A DNA stretch of 34,885 nucleotides from Kofleriaceae bacterium (GCA_046597055.1 JBKJLC010000015.1:1-34885); one strand, 5' to 3'; counted from the stretch's first letter, positions 9,339 to 32,596 are shown. Made by a program: numbers and translations. Notes: a model not told the origin generated them from the letters alone.

Positions 9339-10268
9339 ATGTCATTCGACCTCGAGACGCGGCGCAGCGTTGCCCGGTGTGTGCTGGGGGCTGCGCTGTT
9401 CGCGATCGCGGGCTGCCGTCCGGCCATCGTGCCCGAACCACCCGGCGACGAGCCAACGCCGCCGCGGGTGGTGAAGCGCGCGGCTCCACCGCCTGGTCGG
9501 CAAGCGCTGCTGGGCGAGATGTGCCCGCAGGGCGCTGGCGGCCGGCCCGGCCTGTCGCCGCTGGCCGTGCGCGCGATCTCGTGGTCGAGCGACCGGGCCG
9601 ACCTGACCCCGCCGCTCGCGCGCGGCACCGCCGCGCAGTTCGCGGTGCTGGCGGTCGATGGTCGCCGCGCCGGGCTGTTCTCGGCGATCGGCACCGCCGA
9701 CGTCGACGGGACCGAGGTCGCGGTCGGCTCCTACGCCGGCGCGCCGCCGTGCTCGCGGCTCACCGGCACCGAGGCCGCGGTCGACCCGGTCTGCGTGAAG
9801 GCGCAGCGCGGCTGCGGCCTCGCGGTCGCGACCCTGGGCGAGCCCGGCGGCGCGTTCGGCACCGCCGAGGCCCCGGTGATCGCGGTCGGCGGCGCCTGCC
9901 AGACCGGCGACGCCCTGGCGATCGACATCGACGGCGACGGCGCGCCCGAGGTGTTTCCGCTGGCGGCGTTCGTCGATCCGGTCCGCGCGCCGGCCGAGGA
10001 GGTCACCGCCGCGGCCCAGGTCGCCGCCACCTGCACGCCGGGGTTCGCCCGCCACGGGATGATCCCCGCGATCGCACCGGGCCCGACCCTCGACGCGCGC
10101 CACAAGGTCGAGCTCGATCTGCTCGGGGTGCTCGACGTCGACCGGGACGGGCGCCACGAGGTGGTGATGGCGTTCCGCTACGCCGAGCGGCGCACGATCG
10201 CGGTGTACAGCGCGATCGAGTCACCGGTCCGGCTCGAGCTGGTCGGCGAGACCGTGCCGTGGCCATGA
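9339..10268 (+). CDS. Hypothetical lipoprotein with Dx[DN]xDG-type (FG-GAP/VCBS-like) motifs
   Basis: MSFDLETRRSVARCVLGAALFAIAG-C lipobox, Pro-rich linker, DIDGDGAPE and DVDRDGRHE motifs, several Cys. Confidence 0.7.
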   Translation: MSFDLETRRSVARCVLGAALFAIAGCRPAIVPEPPGDEPTPPRVVKRAAPPPGRQALLGEMCPQGAGGRPGLSPLAVRAISWSSDRADLTPPLARGTAAQFAVLAVDGRRAGLFSAIGTADVDGTEVAVGSYAGAPPCSRLTGTEAAVDPVCVKAQRGCGLAVATLGEPGGAFGTAEAPVIAVGGACQTGDALAIDIDGDGAPEVFPLAAFVDPVRAPAEEVTAAAQVAATCTPGFARHGMIPAIAPGPTLDARHKVELDLLGVLDVDRDGRHEVVMAFRYAERRTIAVYSAIESPVRLELVGETVPWP

Positions 10269-10294
10269 CCGGCCGCGGCCCTGGCTGACGTGCT

Positions 10295-10789
10295 CTAGCG
10301 GCTCGGGCTGACCGGGGCGGGCACGGGGCAGGCGGGGCAGGCCGGAGCCCGACCGAACAGCAGCGCGCCGATCACCATGCCGACGGTGAGCGCGGTCAGC
10401 GCGAGCAGCACCGAGAACAGCCACGGCGGGGCCGCGCGGGTGGCCGCGACCGCCGGCGGATCGCTGACCGCGATGGCGCCGCTCGGGCGCACCGGCGTCG
10501 CCCCCGGCGCGCCCGGGTGGGTCGGCACCTGCTCGAACCAGCGGTCGGCATCGTCCGCGGCCGGTGAGGGTGGCAGCGGCGCCGGCGTCAGGTCGGCGCT
10601 GCGGCGATCCAGCCGCGCGGTGACCTGGACGTCGCTGGGGGCATCGCCGCGCCGGCCCGGGCGGGCGCCGACCTCCGTGGGTCGCAGCGGGGACGGCGGG
10701 ACCCCGGCGCCGGGTGGTCGCGGCAGCCGCGGGGGCGTTGGCTTGGACGGCGTCTTGCCGTCCAGGTGCTTGTCGCTGCGGCGGGCCAT
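10295..10789 (-). CDS. Hypothetical Pro-rich protein with a C-terminal transmembrane helix
   Basis: ATG 10789 (MARRSDKHLDG...); disordered Pro-rich body then WLFSVLLALTALTVGMVIGALLFG and a CPACP tail. Start codon uncertain. Confidence 0.55.
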   Translation of the reverse strand: MARRSDKHLDGKTPSKPTPPRLPRPPGAGVPPSPLRPTEVGARPGRRGDAPSDVQVTARLDRRSADLTPAPLPPSPAADDADRWFEQVPTHPGAPGATPVRPSGAIAVSDPPAVAATRAAPPWLFSVLLALTALTVGMVIGALLFGRAPACPACPVPAPVSPSR

Positions 10790-10965
10790 CAGGTGCCGGG
10801 CGGCCGGCGCGGGCAATTATCATCGACGCCTTCTGTGCCGTCACCTGTGCGATCGACGGATCGCGTGCCGGGCCGCACGGGGTGGGCGCGTGTAGGCGCG
10901 GGGAAGGCTCGGAGACCGGCGGCGGCGGCGCTATGCTGGCTCCCTAGCTTCGTCCGAGGTCTGCC

Positions 10966-12864
10966 ATGTCCGTCGTACCGACTCGCCTCCGCGCGCCTGC
11001 GCGCCCTGCCTTGCACGTGTCTGCGTTCGGGCTCGCGCTGGCGCTCGCCGGCAGCGCGTGTGGCAGCCAGACCGGCATCATGCTCGAGGTCCACAAGGAC
11101 GACGGCGTGTCGTCCGAGGTCTACGAGCTCAAGGTGTTCGTCGGCGTCGGCCACGACCCCGACCTGTACGACCCGGCCTGGCGCGTGGCTGCGACGCTCG
11201 ACGCCGACGTCGCCCAGGTCATGCTCGACGGCGAGCTGGGCGCGGGCATCTACCGGGTGCTGCTCGAGCCGGGCGCGGCGCTCGCCGGTGATCAGGACCT
11301 GGTGTTCGCGGTCGCCGGCTACAAGACCGGGCAGACCAAGCCGGTGGTGTTCGGCCACGCCGAGCGACCGGTGCAGTTCGCCGATGGCCAGGTCCGCGTG
11401 ATCGATCTGCCGCTGGCGACCTTTCGCGACGCGCGCCACGGCGTGACCGCGACCGGCTGCGCGTGGTGGAACGACGGCGGCGATCGTCGCAAGGACGCCG
11501 CGATCGTGCCGCGCGAGGACGGCGACTGCGACGCGTTCAAGGAGGGCCACGACGAGGCCACCGGCTGTCGGCTCGACTGTGACGACGGTGATCCCGCGGT
11601 GCACCCGGGCGCCACCGAGATCTGCGCCAACGGCGTCGACGAGAACTGCTGCGCCGACAACGACGGCAGCCTCGACCTCGACGCCGATGGCTTCGCGACC
11701 TGCGGCGCCGGCCCGCGCGACTGCGTCGATGGTCCGCGCGGCGGGGTCGGGCTCGCCACCGTGTTCGGCGACAACCTGCCGCCCGAGGCGATCCACCCGG
11801 GCGCGCCCGAGGCGTGCGACGGCGTCGACAACGACTGCGACGCCGCGTGTGACGAGGTCGACAGCTTCGACGGCGACCGCGACGGCTATCTGAACTGCGT
11901 GCGCCAGGACGCCAGCGGGATCCGGACCGCCGGCGTCCACCGGGTCGGGCCGGCCGGGGCGACCTGCGCGCCCAGCGCGCTCGACTGCGCCGACCAGGGC
12001 CGGGTCGGCGCGATCGCGGCCGACGCCATCCACCCGGGCGCCGCCGACAACCAGTGCGACGGCGTCGATCAGGACTGCGACGGCAGCTGTGATCAGCAGC
12101 TGGTCGGGATCGACGGCGACGGCGACGGGTTCGACGTCTGCACCACCGAGGACGGCTACCTGACCGCCGCGATCCCGCAGTGCGCGCGCGGCGTCGGCGA
12201 GGACTGCGGCGGCGACGACTCGCGGTTCGAGTATCCCGGCGGCGCCGAGCGCTGCGACGGGATCGACTTCGACTGCGACCGGGTCTCGTTCCCGGCGCTG
12301 TCGCCGTGCTTCGTGGTCGCGACCGACGGCATGGCCACCCGCTGCGAGGTGGGACGGCGCACCTGCAACGACGTGGCGGGCGCGGTCGATCCCGGCTTCG
12401 GCGCCTGCGTCCACGATCCGCTGGGGCCGGCGATCGCGCTGCCGATGGCGTACTGCCAGGAGGCCTGCGGTCCGACGCTCGATCCGATCCAGTGCCTGTC
12501 GATCGATCGGGTCGACTGCACCGTGCGCTTCCAGGTGGGGGCCGGCGGGGTGCCGAGCCAGGAGGCCTGCGCGACCCCGGTCACCGAGGTGGCGCTGCCG
12601 GCCGACGCCGGCCCCGGCGGCTGCAACTACACGCTGATCGGCGGCCGCGATCAGGGCGACTGGGCGGTGACGCTGGCCAACCCGGTCGGTGTCACCGGCA
12701 CCACCGCGACCGGGTGTGGCTCGACGTTGCGCGTGGTGAGCGCGAGCCCCGACGCCGAGCGGCGCACGGTCCTGGTGGTCAGCGGCCAGGCCCCGCACGT
12801 GTTCCGGCTCGAGCGCCTCGACGGCTGCAGCGACACCGCGAACATGCGCTGCGGCGGGCCCTGA
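10966..12864 (+). CDS. Cys-rich lipoprotein with four putative metal-binding (MopE-like, DC.D...HPGA.E.CDG.D.DCD) repeats
   Basis: Lipobox-like LALAGSA-C; repeats DCDDGDPAVHPGATEICANGVDENCC, IHPGAPEACDGVDNDCD, IHPGAADNQCDGVDQDCD and YPGGAERCDGIDFDCD, interleaved with DxDxDG motifs. Confidence 0.82.
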   Translation: MSVVPTRLRAPARPALHVSAFGLALALAGSACGSQTGIMLEVHKDDGVSSEVYELKVFVGVGHDPDLYDPAWRVAATLDADVAQVMLDGELGAGIYRVLLEPGAALAGDQDLVFAVAGYKTGQTKPVVFGHAERPVQFADGQVRVIDLPLATFRDARHGVTATGCAWWNDGGDRRKDAAIVPREDGDCDAFKEGHDEATGCRLDCDDGDPAVHPGATEICANGVDENCCADNDGSLDLDADGFATCGAGPRDCVDGPRGGVGLATVFGDNLPPEAIHPGAPEACDGVDNDCDAACDEVDSFDGDRDGYLNCVRQDASGIRTAGVHRVGPAGATCAPSALDCADQGRVGAIAADAIHPGAADNQCDGVDQDCDGSCDQQLVGIDGDGDGFDVCTTEDGYLTAAIPQCARGVGEDCGGDDSRFEYPGGAERCDGIDFDCDRVSFPALSPCFVVATDGMATRCEVGRRTCNDVAGAVDPGFGACVHDPLGPAIALPMAYCQEACGPTLDPIQCLSIDRVDCTVRFQVGAGGVPSQEACATPVTEVALPADAGPGGCNYTLIGGRDQGDWAVTLANPVGVTGTTATGCGSTLRVVSASPDAERRTVLVVSGQAPHVFRLERLDGCSDTANMRCGGP

Positions 12865-12867
12865 CGG

Positions 12868-14331
12868 TCAGGCGGCGGCCGGGGCCCGGCGGAGCACGCC
12901 CTTGCCGAGGCGGATGAGCTCGCGCGCGGTCGCGGGCACCAGCACCAAGGCGGACCCGACGTAGACCAGGCCGCCGACGGCCAGCTGGATCGCGAGTGAG
13001 GCGAGGGTGGGGACGCCGAGCGCGGCGAACCCGGCCTCGGTGGCGCGGACCGCGGCGTACATGGGCACGCAGGCCAGCAGGGGCCGGAACACGCCGTCGA
13101 GGTAGCGGACCATCGGCAGCTCGGTGACCCGGCAGGTGACGATGATGGTGGCGACGGTGTGGACGCCGTAGCCGAGGCAGGCCCCGACGCACGCCCACGC
13201 CGGTCCGCCGGCCGCGCCGAGCCCGGCGACCAGCGGCAACACCAGCAGCGCGCGGGCGAAGCTGATCAGCATGATCAGGCGGGTCTGCTGCACCGCCTGC
13301 AGGTAGGCGGTCGACGACCAGGTCATCGGGCGGAACACGGTCATGACGCTGAGGATGGTCAGCAGCGGGGCCATGCCCGACCAGCGCGCGTCGAAGAACG
13401 CGGCGACCACGGTCGGGGCGATCGCGGCCAGCCCGACCCCGAGCGGCGAGACCACCAGCGCCATCATCGCCGCGGCGCGCACCACCGCGGCCCGGCGCTG
13501 GGCATCTTCCATGAGCGAGAACGACGGCATCAGGACCTCGCCGATGTGCTCGGCGACGTGGCTGACCGGCATCTCGGCCAGGCTGTAGGCGAGGTTGTAG
13601 CGCGCCATCACGGCCGGCCCGAACAAGCCCGACACGACCATGCTGTCCCAGCGGGTCGCGGCGCGATCGGCGACCGCGCCGATCATGATCGGCAGGCCAT
13701 AGCCGAACAGGCCGCGCATCACGTCGGCCGAGAGCCGGGCGGGCACCAGCCACGCCGCCCGCGGCGACGACGCGAGGTACAGGGCGGCGGTCATGACCGC
13801 GCGGACCTGCACCGCGATCACGATCGCGTGGGCGCCCCAGGACGGCGCGAGCGCGAGCGCGACCGCGGTGAAGACCAGCTCGCCGGCGCCGTTGATGGTG
13901 GCGATCACCCGGAAGCGCAGGTCGCGCATCAGCAGGCGCTCCGGCACGTAGCGGGCGCGATCGATGATGTGGGCCAGCGCGTACCAGGCGACGAACGGGG
14001 CCATCTCGGGGGTGCCGAGCAGCTCGCCGATCGGGTGCCGCAGCACCACCAGCACGGTCATCGCGATCAGGCCCAGCCCGAGGTGGAGCTGGGCCGCCTG
14101 CGACGCGACCGCGGGCGGCGCCTTGCGCGCGATCAGGTACTGGCCGAAGGCGAAGCTGGTCAGCACCGCGAACGTCGACGTGCTGATCGACGCGGCCAGC
14201 ACCGCGCCATAGTCGGCGGGCGCGATGAATCGGGTGAGGATCAGGGTCGCGACCAGCGTGAGCACGCGCGAGCCGACCCCGAAGACCATGTTCCACGCCA
14301 CCCCGTGGGCGGCCGCGCGGGCGATCGACAC
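12868..14331 (-). CDS. Oligosaccharide flippase, Wzx/WzxC-like (MOP superfamily, PST type)
   Basis: GTG 14331 lies 2 nt after the upstream stop. SIARAAAHGVAWN...ILTRFIAPADYG start, LLMRDLRFRVIA, LFGYGLPI, RWDSMVVSGLFGPAVMARYNLAY and VLMPSFS motifs; about 12-14 hydrophobic segments. Confidence 0.85.
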   Translation of the reverse strand: MSIARAAAHGVAWNMVFGVGSRVLTLVATLILTRFIAPADYGAVLAASISTSTFAVLTSFAFGQYLIARKAPPAVASQAAQLHLGLGLIAMTVLVVLRHPIGELLGTPEMAPFVAWYALAHIIDRARYVPERLLMRDLRFRVIATINGAGELVFTAVALALAPSWGAHAIVIAVQVRAVMTAALYLASSPRAAWLVPARLSADVMRGLFGYGLPIMIGAVADRAATRWDSMVVSGLFGPAVMARYNLAYSLAEMPVSHVAEHIGEVLMPSFSLMEDAQRRAAVVRAAAMMALVVSPLGVGLAAIAPTVVAAFFDARWSGMAPLLTILSVMTVFRPMTWSSTAYLQAVQQTRLIMLISFARALLVLPLVAGLGAAGGPAWACVGACLGYGVHTVATIIVTCRVTELPMVRYLDGVFRPLLACVPMYAAVRATEAGFAALGVPTLASLAIQLAVGGLVYVGSALVLVPATARELIRLGKGVLRRAPAAA

Positions 14332-14333
14332 GG

Positions 14334-15200
14334 TCAGCGCCGGCGATCGATCCACGCGGTGACCAGCTCGAGCAGCGCCGTCTGCGCCGCGAGCTCGGTG
14401 AACGTGTGGTTGGCTGCCGGGAAGTACGCGGGCTCGATGCGACCGCGGAGCTCGGGGAACAGCTCGAACAGCTGACCGGCGTGGTTGTAGCGCTCGCCGA
14501 GCGCGCCCGAGAACACCGCGAGGATCGCCACCCCGCGGTCGACCAGCGCGGTGAGCTGCGCCCGGTACGCGTCGGGAGGTGGCATCTCGCGACCCCCGGT
14601 GACCGGCGGGTCGGTGGCCGGCGCCAGGTCGGGACTCGTCAGCGCGCGCAGCCGCGTCTGCACGCGGTGGACGATCCGACCCGCACCCCAGGTCGCCACC
14701 GCCCGCGCGCCGCCGAGCCCGCGCACGCGCGCCGTCAACCGCCGGGCCCGGGCCCGGCGGGTGCCGTACGTGGGCGGATCGATGACGACCAGCCCGACCA
14801 CGCGCTCGTCGGCGACCGCGGTCGCGAGCGCGTTGTCGGCGCCCGAGCACAGCCCGAACAGCACGAACCGGCGCGCGCCGGTCTCGGCGGCGAGGTGGTC
14901 CATCGCGAGGCGGGTATCGGCGACCGCGCTGTCCCGGAACGACAGCGCGCCCGGCACCGGCCGGCTGTCGCCGACGCCCGACAGGTCGAGGCGCAGCGAG
15001 GTCACCCCGCATCGGGCGAGGCGCCGGGCCAGGTTCACGTGCAGCCGGTGCGGGCCGATCCGGTGGAGCACGCCCGCGTTCAGGATGATCACGGTGGGTG
15101 GCGCCAGCGGGGCCGGGTCGACGGTGGTGCGCACGTCGGGGCCGGCGAGCATGCCGACCAGGTGGCCCTCGAGCCCCAGCTGCAGCGGAGACTCCCGCAC
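14334..15200 (-). CDS. Alpha/beta-hydrolase-fold protein with Cys nucleophile elbow (similar to exosortase-A-associated hydrolase 1 type)
   Basis: ILNAGVLHRIGPHRLHVNLARRLA, LRLDLSGVGDS, elbow GLCSGA and C-terminal ANHTF His. Alternative in-frame starts at 15242 and 15251. Confidence 0.82.
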   Translation of the reverse strand: MRESPLQLGLEGHLVGMLAGPDVRTTVDPAPLAPPTVIILNAGVLHRIGPHRLHVNLARRLARCGVTSLRLDLSGVGDSRPVPGALSFRDSAVADTRLAMDHLAAETGARRFVLFGLCSGADNALATAVADERVVGLVVIDPPTYGTRRARARRLTARVRGLGGARAVATWGAGRIVHRVQTRLRALTSPDLAPATDPPVTGGREMPPPDAYRAQLTALVDRGVAILAVFSGALGERYNHAGQLFELFPELRGRIEPAYFPAANHTFTELAAQTALLELVTAWIDRRR

Positions 15201-15241
15201 CGCGGGAGCACCGATCGTGGGCACGACGTGCCCGGTGCGCA

Positions 15242-15290
15242 TTGCTGGCATCGGCGCCCGGACAGTAAACTGAAAAGCACTCCGTTGAAA
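15242..15290. promoter_or_regulatory. Putative bidirectional promoter of the NRPS-PKS locus
   Basis: Short AT-rich island between the divergent hydrolase genes. Plus strand TTGCTG-N18-TAAACT (15242-15271); minus strand TACTGT (15267-15262). The two -10-like hexamers overlap the small inverted repeat CAGT-AA-ACTG. Confidence 0.35.
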
Positions 15291-16075
15291 ATGTTCCACT
15301 TCGGACCGAGCGGGCGGCGGTTGCTGGGGTCGCTGCACGTGCCGCAGCGCTTGCGACCGCGCAGCGCGGCCATCCTCCTGTGCAATCCTTTTGGCGAGGA
15401 GGCGGCGCGCGCCCATCGCATCTACCGAGTGCTCGCGACGCAGCTCGAGCGCCGTGGCTATGCCGTGCTGCGCTTCGACTACGGGAGCACCGGCGACTCG
15501 ATGGGCGACGGCGACGAGGCCTCGGTCGCGGACTGGCTGGCGGACGTCGAGCTCGCGGCCCGCGAGCTGACCACCGCGAGCGGCGCCCGCAAGCTGGTCG
15601 CGGTCGGGCTCCGCCTCGGCGCCACCCTGGCCGCGCTGGCCACGTCGCGCGGCGGGCTGCGGCTGCGCCACCTGGTGATGTGGGATCCGGTGGTCGGGGG
15701 CGCCGGGTACCTGCGCGAGCTGGCGACGATGCACCGCAGCTACCTGCAGCACGAGCTGGGCGCCCCGGTGCTGGCGTCTGCGAGCGGGGTGCCGACCGAG
15801 GCGCTGGGCACGCCGATCAGCCGCGCGCTCGCCGCCGAGCTCACCGCGATCGACCTCGCGGGCGAGCCGGTGCGCACGGACCACGTGACCGTCATCAGCA
15901 CGCGCGATCCGGCGGCCATCGCCCCGCTGCGCGAGGGCTGGGGCGGGTCGCCGTCGGCGCGCTGGATCGAGCTGCCGGCCAGCGCGGCGTGGAACACCGA
16001 CGCCGCGCTCAACGCCTCGGTCGTGCCCATGGACGTCGTGCAGGCAATGCTGGAACGGATCGAGGAGCTGAGCCC

Positions 16076-16079
<4 letters not shown>
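15291..16079 (+). CDS. Alpha/beta-hydrolase-fold protein lacking the nucleophile (similar to exosortase-A-associated hydrolase 2 type)
   Basis: [35 protein letters not shown], elbow GLRLGA and [10 protein letters not shown]. The stop overlaps the NRPS start (ATGA). TTG 15285 is an alternative start. Confidence 0.85.
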
Positions 16080-29034
<12,955 letters not shown>

Positions 29035-29038
<4 letters not shown>

Positions 29039-30546
29039 CCCCACGCCGCTGGGCGCTCGCGGCGGCGGCGACGATCCTGGTGTGGTGCGGCCTCGAGCTC
29101 GGGCTGCGCCGATCGACGTCGATCACCGACGACTGGATGGGATGGCGGCAGGCCGACACCCAGGCGATCGCGCGCAACCTGGCGTTCGAGGAGCTCGATC
29201 CGCTGCGCCCACGCATCGACTGGCGCGGCGATGGCCCCGGCTACGTCGAGACCGAGCTGCAGGTCTATCCAACGCTGATCGCGCTCGCGATGCGGGCCAC
29301 CGGCGAGAGCCTGTGGCCCGGTCAGCTGATCTCGCTGGGGTGCGTCGCGCTCGCCGCGGCGATCCTGTTCGCGGCCCTGGCCCGGCGCTTCGGCGACCGT
29401 GCCGCCTACCTGGCCGTCCTCGCCATGCTGACCGGGCAGGGCGTGGTGGTGGCGGGCACCTCGATCCAGCCCGATCCGCTCGCGCTCCTGCTGTTCACGA
29501 TCGGCTTCGTCGGGTTCGCGGCCTACCTCGAGACGCCGAGCCGCGGTCGGCTGCTGATGTGGGTCGCCGCCACCGCCCTCGCCGGGCTGGTCAAGCCGAC
29601 CACGCTCGAGCTCGGCATCGCCCAGGGTGTGCTGGTGGTCCTGGCCCACCGCGGCGCGCTGCGCCGGCCGGCGCTGTGGCTCGGCTGGGCGGCGGTGCTG
29701 ATCGTCGTCGGCGGGTTTCTCCTGCACGCGCGCGGCCTGTACCTCGCATACGGCAACACCTTCGGCGTGCTCAGCGGCGGCGACAGCAAGCTGCCCGCGC
29801 TCGCCGCGATCGCGCGACCGCAGCCGTGGATCGATCTGGTCCGCTTCGCGGTGATCTGGGGCGTCGGGCTCCCGGCGGTTCCGGCCGCGCTGGTCCTGGC
29901 CTGGCGTCGCCGGCTCGGCGCCGAGGAGGCCGCGCTCGCGGCCGGCGCGCTGGTGCTGTCGCTGCTGGCGCTGCGCTACACCTCGGGACCCTTCGGCACC
30001 CACTACCACCTGCCGCACGTCGTGCTGGGCGCGTGGCTGGTCGCCCGCGCCACCGCGGAGCTGGATCGCGCGACCACCGCGCGGCCGGTGCGCATGCGTG
30101 CTGTGGTCGTGATCGCGGCGGTCGCCGCGCTGCTCCTGTACGCGCGCGCCATCGCCTATGTCCGCGCCCTGCCGCCCGAGCCGGAGACCACCGTCGGTCG
30201 CCTGCTGGCTGGGGCTGCCGCCCCCGGCACGCTGGTCGCGGTCCGGGCGCGCGCGCCGCGCCACGATCCGCAGTGGCACACGGTGAACAACTGCGAGGAT
30301 CCCCGGGTGTTCTATCTGTCCCGCACCCACGGCTGGGTGCTTGCCAACGACGAGCCCGGCGCCGCCCGGCTCGCCGAGCTGGCCGCGCGCGGCGCCCGCT
30401 TCTACGCCCACGTCGAGCAGATGGCGCCCGACCCGGCGCTGGCCGGCTGGCTGGCCGCGCACGCTGACCTGGTCGCCCGCGCGCCCGCCGGCGCGGTCTA
30501 TCGGCTGCGCGCGTCGGCGTCGTCGGGGTCGTCGCGCACGAAGTAG
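29035..30546 (+). CDS. Polytopic membrane glycosyltransferase, GT-C fold (ArnT/PMT_2, 'family 39'-like)
   Basis: GTGA overlap with the NRPS stop. First TM is followed by the loop [12 protein letters not shown]...LRPRIDW.G...ETELQVYP; then [14 protein letters not shown] and HYHLP motifs; about 11-13 TM segments and a small C-terminal soluble domain. Confidence 0.78.
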
Positions 30547-31334
30547 AAGCCGCTGTAGGCCTCGATGTCGCGGCCACGCGTGAAGGGGATCGTGCACGAA
30601 CACTCGCGATCGGCCCAGTCGTCGACCATGCGATAGCCAAGGTCGGTCACGCTCGTCACCAGCCCGGCGCGGTTGTCGATGCGGTACGGGTGGAACGCGC
30701 GGCCGGTCGACTGCACGGTCACGAACGACTCGCCGTCGTACACGGGCATCTTGTTGAGGATGACGTGGCGTGGCCGCGAGCCAATCCGGGCCAGGATCGA
30801 CGGCAGCGGCTCGTCGACGTACTGGAGCGCGCCGGCCGAAAAGAAGACATCGCAGCCGCGGGCGTCGGCGACCTCGGTCGTGAACGCGAGACCTGGGCTG
30901 TCGCGCTCGGCGGCGAGCTCGGCGCCGACCTTGATGATCGCCGCCACGTCCTGGACCAGCCAGCGCGTACCCGGCGGGTAGCCGAGGTAGCGCCGCCAGC
31001 CGTGGTAGCTCACCCCGACGTGGCCGCCAAAGTCGAACACGAACGACCCCGGCGCGAGGATCCCGCGCAGCCAGAACAGCACGCTGTAATCGCTCTGGTT
31101 GGCCTTCTCCATGCGGTGGCGGTAGAGGCCGGCCAGCTCGGCGTGATCGTAGCCGACCCGCGCACCCGCCGGGATCGACCGCTCGGCCTCGGCGAAGCTG
31201 GCGTAGACGCCGCGAAAGCGGTTGGGCGCCCGCCGCGCGAACGTCCGCTCGTAGTCGAGGGCCAGCACCTGGCCGACCCCCGGGATCCGCCAGGCGTTGC
31301 GGGCGATGCGCTTGCTGACGTCGATGAGCCCCAC
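30498..31334 (-). CDS. Putative SAM-dependent methyltransferase, TIGR04325-like
   Basis: FRGVYASFAEA, SAM motif VFDFGGHVGVSY, WLVQDV, FSAGALQYV and FVTVQ...HPYRI. Start uncertain (GTG 31334 or 31379). Confidence 0.78.
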   Translation of the reverse strand: MGLIDVSKRIARNAWRIPGVGQVLALDYERTFARRAPNRFRGVYASFAEAERSIPAGARVGYDHAELAGLYRHRMEKANQSDYSVLFWLRGILAPGSFVFDFGGHVGVSYHGWRRYLGYPPGTRWLVQDVAAIIKVGAELAAERDSPGLAFTTEVADARGCDVFFSAGALQYVDEPLPSILARIGSRPRHVILNKMPVYDGESFVTVQSTGRAFHPYRIDNRAGLVTSVTDLGYRMVDDWADRECSCTIPFTRGRDIEAYSGFYFVRDDPDDADARSR

Positions 31335-31456
31335 GGACGCCGATGGTAGTCCGGTATCCGCCGCCGGTGCCGCATCCACCGCGACGCGCCCGCCTTTGAT
31401 CCGCCGCCCGCCACTGCCATGCCGATCTTCACCGCCGGCTCGCGTTAGGCTGCGGC

Positions 31457-32596
31457 ATGGAGCGCGCATCGCTTGCCGACGACGTCGGCCAGGTCCTCTG
31501 GTACGGATTCCACGGCACCACCGCGTCGGCCCCGCTGCTGGCGGCGATCGGCCGGGGCGAGGTCGGCGCGGTCGTGCTGTTCAAGCGCAACCTCGTCATC
31601 CAGGTCGTCGACGGGGGCGCCGCGGTGCCGCAAGAGGTGGTCGACCTGGACCGGCTGGTCGCGCTCAACCACGCCCTGCACGCGGCGGCCCCGCCGGCGA
31701 GCCCGCTGCTGATCGCGGTCGATCAGGAGGGCGGCGCGGTGCAGCGCGTGCGCGCGCCCGGCACCCAGTGGCCCCCGATGCTCACGCTCGATGGCCACCC
31801 GGCTCCGACCGACGAGCTGCTGGCCCGCGAGGTCGGGCGTGCGCTCGGGCGCGAGCTGGCCGCGCTCGGGTTCGACATCGACTTTGCCCCGGTGCTCGAC
31901 GTGCACACGAATCCGGCCAACCCGATCATCGGCGATCGCGCGTTCGGCACCGAGCCCGAGACGGTGGCGCGGCGCGCGCTGGCGCTGGCGGCCGGGCTCG
32001 CCGACGCTGGCGTGCTCGCGTGCGGCAAGCACTTTCCCGGTCACGGCGACACCGCGACCGACAGTCACCTCGAGCTGCCGCGGCTCGATCACGCCTGGGA
32101 CCGGCTCGACGCGATCGAGCTGGTCCCGTTCCGGCGCGCGGCCGAGGCGGGCCTGCCGATGATCATGACCGCGCACGTCATCTTCGCCGCGCTCGACCCC
32201 GACCAGCCAGCGACGCTGTCGGCCCGGGTCATCCACGAAGTGCTGCGTCAGCGGCTCGGCTATCGCGGCGTGATCGTGTCCGACGATCTCGACATGCGCG
32301 CGATCGCCGATCACCACGGCGTCGGCGACGCGGCGGTGCGCGCGCTCCGCGCCGGCTGCGATGCGCTGCTGCTGTGTCGCGACGAGGCCCACCAGGCCGA
32401 GGCCCGGGCCGCGCTGCTGCACGCCGGCGCCGGCGACGCCGACCTGCGCGCGCGGCTGGCCGAGGCGGCGGCCCGGGTCCGCGCGATGAAGGCTGCCCAT
32501 GCCGCGGCCCGCGCGACCCGACCGCCCGACAGCGTCGACGTGGTCGGCTGCCCCGCGCATCGCGAGCTGGCCGACCGGCTGGCCGGTCGGACCTGA
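31457..32596 (+). CDS. nagZ: Beta-N-acetylhexosaminidase (GH3)
   Basis: AVDQEGGAVQR, FAPVLDV, IGDRAFG, NagZ signature KHFPGHGDTATDSH, MTAHV and nucleophile region SDDLDM; no signal peptide. Confidence 0.93.
   Translation: MERASLADDVGQVLWYGFHGTTASAPLLAAIGRGEVGAVVLFKRNLVIQVVDGGAAVPQEVVDLDRLVALNHALHAAAPPASPLLIAVDQEGGAVQRVRAPGTQWPPMLTLDGHPAPTDELLAREVGRALGRELAALGFDIDFAPVLDVHTNPANPIIGDRAFGTEPETVARRALALAAGLADAGVLACGKHFPGHGDTATDSHLELPRLDHAWDRLDAIELVPFRRAAEAGLPMIMTAHVIFAALDPDQPATLSARVIHEVLRQRLGYRGVIVSDDLDMRAIADHHGVGDAAVRALRAGCDALLLCRDEAHQAEARAALLHAGAGDADLRARLAEAAARVRAMKAAHAAARATRPPDSVDVVGCPAHRELADRLAGRT

Noticed and set aside
14332..15012. Apparent long N-terminal extension of the flippase, suggesting a fusion
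   Set aside because: It overlaps the hydrolase gene in another frame; Wzx-like sequence begins at GTG 14331.
15380..16075. 232-aa N-terminal extension of the NRPS-PKS in the ORF track
   Set aside because: It overlaps the well-supported hydrolase gene in another frame and is Arg/Gly/Ala junk. ATG 16076 in an ATGA overlap directly precedes the A-domain sequence.
31457..32596. nagZ as a dedicated tailoring or resistance gene of the cluster
   Set aside because: It has the standard cytoplasmic peptidoglycan-recycling NagZ signature and is transcribed away from the cluster; nothing beyond proximity links it.
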